A program made the position numbers and the translations under genes. This document shows positions 9,885 through 17,238 of a stretch of DNA of 64,000 bases, piece by piece; the first letter of the stretch is position 1; every line of letters begins with the position of its first letter. The notes beneath the pieces were generated by a model, which was given only the letters and a program-made list of their open reading frames with translations, searched no databases and had not been told where the DNA came from. Source of the stretch: a bacterium (lineage in GTDB: Bacteria > Krumholzibacteriota > Krumholzibacteriia > G020349025); NCBI GenBank assembly GCA_031362565.1, contig JANLSU010000119.1, positions 33,398-97,397 on the forward strand. Direction: 5' to 3'.

Positions 9885-10316
9885 TCAGCGCTTGAAACCC
9901 AAGACGAGAACACCGGCTCCGACCATGGCGATTCCGGCCCACTCGCGGACGGATGGCCGCTCGTTCAAGAACAGGACGGCGAAGAGAGCGACTAGCACCA
10001 CGCTCAACTTGTCGACCGGTGCCACCTTGGATGCATCGCCAGCCTTTAAGGCGCGAAAATAGCAGACCCATGACGCCCCGGTTGCCAAGCCCGACAAGGT
10101 GAGGAAGAGCCAGGTCCGTGGTGCGAGGTGCAGCGGGTTGGTCCATTTTCCGGTCGCAGACACGAATGCGGCCAGCACCACAAGAATGACCATCGTTCGG
10201 ATGAGCGTCGCGAGATCCGAATCGACGCCCTCGAGGCCGATTTTGGCGAAAATGGCGGTCAGCGACGCGAACGCCGCCGACATGAGAGCCCATTGAAACC
10301 AAGTCGATGATGCCAT
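9885..10316 (-). CDS. EamA/DMT family small transporter
   Basis: FASLTAIFAKIG, SGLATGASWVCYFRAL, SKVAPVDKLSVV; about 5 TM helices. Confidence 0.9.
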   Translation of the reverse strand: MASSTWFQWALMSAAFASLTAIFAKIGLEGVDSDLATLIRTMVILVVLAAFVSATGKWTNPLHLAPRTWLFLTLSGLATGASWVCYFRALKAGDASKVAPVDKLSVVLVALFAVLFLNERPSVREWAGIAMVGAGVLVLGFKR

Positions 10317-10331
10317 CGCGGCTTCCCTTCT

Positions 10332-11189
10332 CTAGCCCGCAAACTCGTAAACAATTTCCGTGATCCGGCCACGCCAGTACGGCCATGGTCCTTCCGGAAG
10401 GTCCCACTCCACTTCGCCGTCCAGTGGGATGCGCATGCCATGCTGCACTTCGTACGCCCCGAAGCGGCATTGCCAGGGCGTCGCGACCGGCTTTCCATCC
10501 ACGAGCCGGTAGCGGCGCGGCGCGCGCACGCGATGGATCAATCCTTGCGCATCGAAGTGGAATTCGAGCGACGCGGTGGTCGTGCCGTCCGTAAGCGTGC
10601 CGCGCGCCGAGTTCTCGTCCATTGCTTCCCAGCGAACGCCCTGGCTCGGCAGTAACACGGTTGGATACCAGGCGCCTTCGGCCAGGAATCGTAGCAACTC
10701 ACCCTCGGCCACCTCGGCGGTGCCGCGAGTGTCCGCGACCGTCACGAGGCCGAGCACGGCCGCATGCAGAACGCCTTCTCCCGCCACATACGAATCGTGC
10801 ACGAACACCTTCAAACCGGGCGCGATCCGGATTCGCGCCTCCCAGTCGAAGCCGGCACGCCGGGTCACCACCATCTGCGAGGAAGTGAACCGGTTCCACT
10901 TGTCCTTGGCCGTTCCCATATTGAACTCGCCGGCGTGCGAAAGATGCGCCGTGGCGACGATCGCTTGGCCGTCCGTGAGAACAGCGCGAAGGTAACGTTG
11001 CACCGGCGCCGGCAGCCCGGCGAGTTCGCGCGCGTCATAGATCGCCGGCTGGATCGCCAGGCGTCCAGCCTGCAACGTGGCGCGCCGCTCTACGGTTCGG
11101 GACCGCCACCGCGCGGCGCCAAAGGCGCCCGCGGCGGCAACGACGCCCACCAGCACCAGGAGAATCGCAACCGCGACCTTGATCCACAT
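10332..11189 (-). CDS. Conserved membrane-anchored hypothetical protein (DUF6544/DUF6920-like)
   Basis: N-terminal TM; LPAPVQRYL, GFDWEA, GELLRFLAEGAWYPT, GMRIP...EVEW motifs. Confidence 0.75.
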   Translation of the reverse strand: MWIKVAVAILLVLVGVVAAAGAFGAARWRSRTVERRATLQAGRLAIQPAIYDARELAGLPAPVQRYLRAVLTDGQAIVATAHLSHAGEFNMGTAKDKWNRFTSSQMVVTRRAGFDWEARIRIAPGLKVFVHDSYVAGEGVLHAAVLGLVTVADTRGTAEVAEGELLRFLAEGAWYPTVLLPSQGVRWEAMDENSARGTLTDGTTTASLEFHFDAQGLIHRVRAPRRYRLVDGKPVATPWQCRFGAYEVQHGMRIPLDGEVEWDLPEGPWPYWRGRITEIVYEFAG

Positions 11190-11207
11190 TGCATCCGGCT
11201 CGCGCTG

Positions 11208-12371
11208 CTACGGCTGGACCACGAACGCGGCCGAAGCACGCGTCGTATCCCAGTCGAGGTTCAACACCCCGCCTAAATCATCCGAATCCACGTGGATGGT
11301 GAAAGTCTCGACGGGCTGCGGCGGCGCACTCATCTTCATGTCGATCGTGTAGAGATCCTTGTCGGCTTTGTGCTCGGTACCCCATTGGCCGGTTTCGCCA
11401 TTGAAGACGAGCTTCCAGCCCTCGGCCGACGGGATCGTCCAGAGTGTGTAGAACCCGGCCGGCACGACCGTGCCGCCGAAGTCGAGGGCCTTGTCGGTCT
11501 TGAACTGCGTCGCAGCGTTGGCGCCCGTGCGCCATACTTCGCCGAACGGCACCACATCGCCGAAGACGGTGCGGCCGCGCTTGTGTGGCCGGCCGTAGTC
11601 GATCCAAAGGGTGGCTTTCGCCTTGTTGACCACGACCACGGTATCGCGCGGTGAGAGCATTCCCAGGCCCTTGCCGGCTTTTTCACGGGCCGCGAACGCC
11701 GCTGCCATCGCGTTCAAATCGAGGCTCGCAACCCGCGTGACGGTGAACTTGCCCGTACCGCGAACCGGCGTTACGGCGAGCACGTGGCCCGCCTTATCGA
11801 TGCGTACGTGGAACACGTCTCCATGCTCGTTGTTGATTTCGACCATGTCGTCGCCGCGTTTGTGCAGGCTCAACCAACTTGTGGTCGGGGCGCCGAAGAA
11901 GTACATCGTAGAGCGCAGACTGTCTTTTTTGCTCTGCACGAACTTCATGATCTGTCCCTCGTAGCCTGCCCACGGGCTCGAGCTGGCGACAACCAGAGTT
12001 CCCTTCGGCATCGCGAGGTTGATTTTCTGCATCGGTGCACTGCCGTTCTGAACTTGCATGTGCATCGAGTCGGCGGAAAGGGTGGCGTCGACGGTTTGGG
12101 TCGGTGCGGGGGCGCCGGCAGGCGTGACGACAAACGCCATGTGCGACATGGAGCCCTTGGCGAAGTCGTAGGTGAAGTGGCGCCGCAGCACGCGCGGCGC
12201 GCGGCCGACCTGATCGACTTCGAGACGCGAGCCCGTGCGGGTGTACGTCTCGACACTGGTCGTATCTTGGCCCAGCTGGACAACGAAGTTGCCGGTGTCG
12301 TTCGCGGCGGCGGCACGGCCGGCAAGCGCACAAAGAGCGAGTGCAACGAGGGCGCGGCGGACGAACAGCAT
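11208..12371 (-). CDS. Secreted DUF2911 domain protein
   Basis: GGAG RBS before ATG 12371; signal peptide; LSPRD...IDYGRPHKRGR...VWRTGANAAT...GQWGTEH. Confidence 0.88.
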   Translation of the reverse strand: MLFVRRALVALALCALAGRAAAANDTGNFVVQLGQDTTSVETYTRTGSRLEVDQVGRAPRVLRRHFTYDFAKGSMSHMAFVVTPAGAPAPTQTVDATLSADSMHMQVQNGSAPMQKINLAMPKGTLVVASSSPWAGYEGQIMKFVQSKKDSLRSTMYFFGAPTTSWLSLHKRGDDMVEINNEHGDVFHVRIDKAGHVLAVTPVRGTGKFTVTRVASLDLNAMAAAFAAREKAGKGLGMLSPRDTVVVVNKAKATLWIDYGRPHKRGRTVFGDVVPFGEVWRTGANAATQFKTDKALDFGGTVVPAGFYTLWTIPSAEGWKLVFNGETGQWGTEHKADKDLYTIDMKMSAPPQPVETFTIHVDSDDLGGVLNLDWDTTRASAAFVVQP

Positions 12372-12505
12372 GCGGGGCTCCAAGGGCGGAAGACAGGTTC
12401 AAGCACGGCCGGCGCGCGAGCCGGAATGCGCGCGCGTCGGCCACGGCGGCATCGAGACTGCCGCAACTGTCCCCTGCTCCGCTACGGGGCAGGCCGGCGT
12501 AACCG

Positions 12506-13930
12506 TCACACCGATGGCCGGATGTTCTGATTCATCCGGAAGAGATTCGTGGGATCGAATTTCTTCTTGAGCGTGACGAGCCGGTCGTAGTTGCTGCCGT
12601 AGGCTGTCTTGACGCGCTCGCCCTCGTCCTGCGTCAAGAAGTTCACGTAGACGCCACCGGTCGCGAACGGCGCCGCCGCTTGGAAGAGTTCGCGCGCCCA
12701 GGCGATGCACTTGGTGTCGTTGGCCGGATCGGCCCAGCGGCCGTGCACGTTCATCACGAATTGCGCGTCGCGGTGCGTATAGGCGGTCGCTTCCGGCGCC
12801 ACCCGGCTGACTGCGCCACCCAACTGCGCGACCGCGATCTCGGTCTGCGGATCGGGGATCTTGCGCGCGTGGGCAATCAGCACGTCGATCAGGCCGTCGC
12901 TCACTTCCAGGAAATCGTGCGACTTCCAGTAGTTACGTGCCCCGGGAGTCAAGAGCGGATCGAGAATCGTCTGCCAAGCCGTGAACGGATGCGGTGCGAT
13001 GACGTCGGCGAGCGGCTTCCCGAAGTCGCGCAGTGGTTTCGCCATGCGCTCGCCATCTTCGATCGTGCCGTTGTAACAGACGGCGAGGGCGAGGATGCCC
13101 TTGCCGTGCCATTCCACCGGCAGGAAGGGCAAAGGCGGCGCCAGCCGCAGCACGAACCAGCAGACGAATTCCTCGGGCGTCGTGGCGATGAAGCTGCGGT
13201 AGAAGCGCAGCACATCCTTGGCCGCAGCGAGTGGATGGACGATGAGTCCCGAGAGCACCTCGGGCCCGACCGGATGGAGTTTGAATTCGAAGGACGTGAC
13301 GACACCGAAATTGCCGCCGCCGCCACGAATGGCCCAGAAGAGATCCGCGTTCTCGGTGGCGCTCGCCTTCACCAATTCACCGTTCGCCGTGACGACATCG
13401 ACCGAATTGAGGTTGTCGATCGACAGCCCGTACTTGCGGCTCAACCAACCGAAGCCGCCACCGAGCGTCAACCCGGCGACGCCGGTCGTGGAGTTGATTC
13501 CGAGTGGTGTCGCGAGTCCGAAGGCCTGCGCCGCCGTGTCGAATTCGCCGAGCGTCACACCTGCTTCGACGTGCGCGATGCGTTTTCCAGAATCGATGCG
13601 AACGCTCTTCATGGGCGACAGGTCGATCATGAGACCGCCATCGCAGACAGCATTACCGGCGATGTTGTGGCCGCCGCCGCGTACCGCCAGGACAAAGTCG
13701 TTCTCGCGCGCCAAGCTCACTGCCTGCACGACATCGTCGGCCGAAGCGCAACGCGCAATGAGCGCCGGCCGCCGATCGATCATCGCATTCCAAATCGTCC
13801 GCGCTTCGTCGTACTCCGACGACCCGGGCATCACGATGCGCCCGCGCAGCGCGCCTTTGAAATTCTGCAGGGCCGTTTCGGGCAGCGGCTTGTCGCCACC
13901 GGAGCGCGTTTTGATCTTCAGGTCGGGCAT
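12506..13930 (-). CDS. FAD-binding oxidoreductase, berberine-bridge-enzyme/6-hydroxy-D-nicotine-oxidase-like
   Basis: RGGGHN covalent-FAD His motif; GLTLGGGFGWL; DLFWAIRGGGGNFGVVT; C-terminal YVNF...KKKFDPTNLFRMNQNI (BBE). Confidence 0.93.
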   Translation of the reverse strand: MPDLKIKTRSGGDKPLPETALQNFKGALRGRIVMPGSSEYDEARTIWNAMIDRRPALIARCASADDVVQAVSLARENDFVLAVRGGGHNIAGNAVCDGGLMIDLSPMKSVRIDSGKRIAHVEAGVTLGEFDTAAQAFGLATPLGINSTTGVAGLTLGGGFGWLSRKYGLSIDNLNSVDVVTANGELVKASATENADLFWAIRGGGGNFGVVTSFEFKLHPVGPEVLSGLIVHPLAAAKDVLRFYRSFIATTPEEFVCWFVLRLAPPLPFLPVEWHGKGILALAVCYNGTIEDGERMAKPLRDFGKPLADVIAPHPFTAWQTILDPLLTPGARNYWKSHDFLEVSDGLIDVLIAHARKIPDPQTEIAVAQLGGAVSRVAPEATAYTHRDAQFVMNVHGRWADPANDTKCIAWARELFQAAAPFATGGVYVNFLTQDEGERVKTAYGSNYDRLVTLKKKFDPTNLFRMNQNIRPSV

Positions 13931-14049
13931 TGTTCCTCCAACGGGCCTCGAACAACTCCGGCGGCGCCTCGACTGTAATGCGGGCGAGTCGGTGGCGGAA
14001 ACCCCCGATCGGCACCCCGCATGTTCATGCAGGCCGCGACCCTGGCACT

Positions 14050-14502
14050 CGGAACGGGCGGCTGTCGCGTGTGCTCACCACGCTGCTGCTCTTGCGCGCG
14101 GGATACGTATACGCACCGTATGCATCTTTGGAGCGGGTGAACGAGGAAAACAAGGACCTGTACTACAAGGCTTTGCGCCGCACGCAAACGACACTCCAGA
14201 GCGATGCACCGGACTGGGAGCCTTGGATCGGGTTCTTCCTGCGCTGCGTCAAGAAACAGAAGGACACCCTCGCGGCGCGGCTCGATCGCGAGTGGACCGC
14301 TCAGGGCGGTGAGGATGAATTAACGCAGCTCTCCCGCCAAGTGCTCAAAGCCCTGCGCGAACAAGACCGCCTGACCATCGCCCAGCTCATCTCGATCACC
14401 GGCGCCAATCGCAATACCCTCAAAGTGCGGCTCCGCGAGCTCGTGGCGGCCGGCCAAGTCCGCCGGCATGGCAGGGCGCGCGCGACTTGGTATTCGCTCT
14501 GA
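14050..14502 (+). pseudogene. 5'-truncated Fic (AMPylase) family gene with C-terminal winged HTH
   Basis: Homology begins abruptly at NGRLSRVLTTLLLLRAGY, the second half of the HPFxDGNGRxxR motif; YYKALRRTQ...WEPWIGFFL; wHTH ANRNTLKVRLRELV...GRARATWYSL. The catalytic His and N-terminus are absent. Confidence 0.8.
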
Positions 14503-14747
14503 TTGCGGAAAAGAAGTCGGGCGCGAAGCGCGAACAAGAGGGCAGCCTGCTGCTCTCCGGTATCGATCACCGCGGCAAAGCCTCCGGCCCTGTGCCCCGC
14601 CCCCAGGCGACAGCGCACACGTCAGCAGCCACAGCGCATAGGCCAAGAACGACGCCACCAACAGGGTCCAGCAGACGAGGCGCCACGGATCACGGATCAT
14701 GGGTCACGACCAATGCTCCCGATCTTGCGACGCCCCGCCGGACAGTG

Positions 14748-15365
14748 CTAGATCAGCGCGGCGGCGCATTCGATCGCAGCGAGAATCTCCATCCGGTCCC
14801 ACGTGGCGACCGGGGCACCGATGGCGTGAAGGATTTCCGGCGTCCGGCCGCGCGCCCGCGGGTGGCGCACCACACAAACGCCCTTCCGCAGTTCAAGCCC
14901 GGTGCGGAGCTCCCAGTCGACCCAGTCCTGCCAGCGGGACCCGCTGCCAACGACGCAGACGACAATTGCGGCGCGCGCAATCTTTTCTTGGATGATCTCT
15001 TGCGCCAGCACCGCCGCTGGACTCTGGAACGGCGCCCGCAGGCTGCACTCGTAGAAGTCGAGTGCAATCTTGGGATGGCGTGTCAGCTTGTGAAGGTCGA
15101 GCACCTTCGCATGATCTTCCGCGTGCACGCTCACGAACACCCGGCGCGACTGGGCAACTTCGCGGGCTTCGCCGTGAAACGCGCGGCGCAGTTGCCGCAA
15201 GGAGCGGAATCCACGTGCGGCGAGGAAGGCGGCGATTCGCATGTCAGGCGGTGCGTTGAGGCGAAGGCCGTACCACGCCTCGATGTCCGCCACGCAGACC
15301 CCGGGGAGGGCGCGGCCAAACGCGGCGCGGACTCGCGGGCAGAACTTGCGAATCTTCGTGCTCAT
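14748..15365 (-). CDS. TIR-domain protein, ThsB/DUF1863 (MTH538)-like, with about 70-aa unassigned N-terminal domain
   Basis: RRVFVSVHAED (beta-A F-x-S), IQEKIARAAIVVCVVG, WVDWELRTGLELRKGVCVV with the putative catalytic Glu; ATG 15365 after GGGGGAAAG. Confidence 0.82.
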   Translation of the reverse strand: MSTKIRKFCPRVRAAFGRALPGVCVADIEAWYGLRLNAPPDMRIAAFLAARGFRSLRQLRRAFHGEAREVAQSRRVFVSVHAEDHAKVLDLHKLTRHPKIALDFYECSLRAPFQSPAAVLAQEIIQEKIARAAIVVCVVGSGSRWQDWVDWELRTGLELRKGVCVVRHPRARGRTPEILHAIGAPVATWDRMEILAAIECAAALI

Positions 15366-15653
15366 CGGCTTTCCCCCACCAATGGCTCCCGGAGGTCGAA
15401 ATCGCACCCTCGGGCAAAAATCGCGGTGACGCGCCGGATCCGTCGTCCTTGAACCAACGCGGGGAGTCCATCCGCCGGGCACGCCACCGCAACACGGCGC
15501 TTCGCCGCCGCGGCGGCCCCCGTTTGCGCTCGCCACAAGTAGGCGCGGGCGGCAGTACCCTCACTGCCGCCCGCTCCGCCCTTGGGGGGGGACTTGTCCG
15601 CGTCCTATGATTGACAACGTCCCGAGGCAAGAATCTGCACGCGCCTGGAAGAA

Positions 15654-16808
15654 CTAATTTCCAACGCCCGCCCGCTGCGGCGACCGAACCCAGCGAACCG
15701 CGGTCGAGTTCGCCGCCACACCGCTGCCGGCGCTGCCCGCGCTGCCACCCCTGCCGGCCCCGCCCGCGCCCGCCCGCCGCAGCTCTCCATCACCGCCCTC
15801 CGCGAGTCCCTTCATTGGACAAACGAGCGTCGCCCGGTCGCCGGAAAAGAGCCCCCGCATCCAACGGCGCATGTCGGGCCCCGAAAGCTCCATTCGCCCG
15901 CCGGGTCGCAAGCGCCCGACTTGATTGGCGGGGTGGTCGAGTGCCACCGTGCACTTGCCGATGCGGCCATCGGATCGCACCACGAGCGAGTTGCCGCGCG
16001 ACGCGTAACAGACGGTCTCGAGATCGTCCGGGGTCACCAGTTCGACACCCAGTTCATCCGCCCGCTCGCGCAGGCGCACGAACACATCGGCCATGCGTTC
16101 CGCGGCGAGATAGCCGAACGTCGCGTCCGCCGGTCCGCCGAGCGGCGACAGCGGCCGCAAGAAAACCGCGAAGCGCGGGTCACCGCCGAACTCCGCTGCG
16201 AAGGCCTCGAGGAACGACCCGAGCGATGCTTCATTGTCGGCGCTCGCATGCAGTCGCATCAGCATCCGAAACGTCGCATCGCGGCGCCGCATCGCGCTCA
16301 GGTTGCCCCAAATACGCTCGAACGTCGCGCCACCGCCGGCCCGCCGCCGCGTCCGATCGTGTTCCGCGGCCGGACCATCGAATGACACTTGATAGCGTCT
16401 AACACCAAGCTCGAGAAGCCGCCCGGCGACATCGGGCGTCAAGAACCAGCCGTTCGTTGTGATGTCGCCGCTGACCCGCAGCTTGGGATTCGCAACCGCC
16501 AGCCGTTGTACCGCGCCCATCACGTCGTCGATCACCGCGCGCGCCAGGAGCGGTTCACCGCCAAACCAAGCGATGGCGAGTGAATCCAGCTCCGGGGCCC
16601 GGATTTCCAACCATTCGACGAGCGCACGCACGATCCACGGCCGCATGCGCCCCGATTCGAATGTCTCGTAGCAGTAGGTGCACCGGAAATTGCATTTCTC
16701 CGTCGGCATGACGATGACGTGCAACTCGCGGGCGTCGAGGCCGCGGTACACCTCTCGCAGCGGAACTGCGAGAGGTGTTGCCGCGCCGGCTCGTGGAGCC
16801 TTCAGCAA
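15654..16808 (-). CDS. Radical SAM enzyme with short twitch-type auxiliary Fe-S domain, putative peptide maturase
   Basis: MPTEKCNFRCTYCYE (CxxxCxxC), WFGGEPLL, ITTNG, QVSFDG...HDRTR; C-terminal CYAS...DGRIGKCT...VCP. Probable TTG start at 16808 overlaps the upstream stop codon; start uncertain. Confidence 0.9.
   Translation of the reverse strand: MLKAPRAGAATPLAVPLREVYRGLDARELHVIVMPTEKCNFRCTYCYETFESGRMRPWIVRALVEWLEIRAPELDSLAIAWFGGEPLLARAVIDDVMGAVQRLAVANPKLRVSGDITTNGWFLTPDVAGRLLELGVRRYQVSFDGPAAEHDRTRRRAGGGATFERIWGNLSAMRRRDATFRMLMRLHASADNEASLGSFLEAFAAEFGGDPRFAVFLRPLSPLGGPADATFGYLAAERMADVFVRLRERADELGVELVTPDDLETVCYASRGNSLVVRSDGRIGKCTVALDHPANQVGRLRPGGRMELSGPDMRRWMRGLFSGDRATLVCPMKGLAEGGDGELRRAGAGGAGRGGSAGSAGSGVAANSTAVRWVRSPQRAGVGN
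16748..16778. repeat. Perfect 13-bp inverted repeat (stem-loop) at the precursor/rSAM junction
   Basis: ACACCTCTCGCAG-CGGAA-CTGCGAGAGGTGT read directly from the sequence. Confidence 0.85.
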
Positions 16809-17197
16809 CGCGCATCCACGACGACGGGTGCATCGTCGTCGTCTTCGGCGAAAATGGCGCCGCCCTTTGCCTTTGCCCTTGCCCTCGCGCTCGCATTGGC
16901 TGCCGCAGGCATCGCGAGCGGCCCAACGCGAAACAGTCCCGAAAAACACCCCTCAACGGGGTTGTCCAGGAACTGAAGGACAGCGCCTCTCAGATCGGCG
17001 TTCTTGAGAGTGATCCGCCCGGTCGCTGCGTCGAATGCGACTTCGTCGCCCTCGAAGTTGCCGAGGGCGGCTGCATTGATGCCCCGCGGCTTGGCCTTCG
17101 GGGCACGCGCTCCGGGTGCGGCGCGCTTGGCGCCACGTGCTGGCGGAATCGGGCTCTTCTTGCTCTTGGGATTCGATTTCCGAGGTTCGATTGGCAT
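16802..17197 (-). CDS. 131-aa small protein, putative RiPP precursor or rSAM substrate ending EDDDDAPVVVDARC
   Basis: Strong RBS AAGGAG before ATG 17197; K/R/P/A-rich N-terminus; central EVAFDAATGRITLKNADL; terminal D-x-x-C; stop overlaps the rSAM start. Confidence 0.7.
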   Translation of the reverse strand: MPIEPRKSNPKSKKSPIPPARGAKRAAPGARAPKAKPRGINAAALGNFEGDEVAFDAATGRITLKNADLRGAVLQFLDNPVEGCFSGLFRVGPLAMPAAANASARARAKAKGGAIFAEDDDDAPVVVDARC

Positions 17198-17238
17198 GTG
17201 GTTCTCCTTCAAGGTTTATATCGATCCATCGATCCGGT

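Noticed and set aside
16748..16804. Selenocysteine read-through of the precursor's Cys-TGA, using the downstream hairpin as SECIS
   Set aside because: The hairpin starts 23 nt after UGA and is a perfect stem unlike bulged bacterial SECIS elements. The read-through frame overlaps the rSAM and looks like shadow sequence.
16809..16949. Longer rSAM start (MFFGT..., Arg/Cys-rich)
   Set aside because: This is an out-of-frame reading of the precursor gene, which has the SD and sensible composition.
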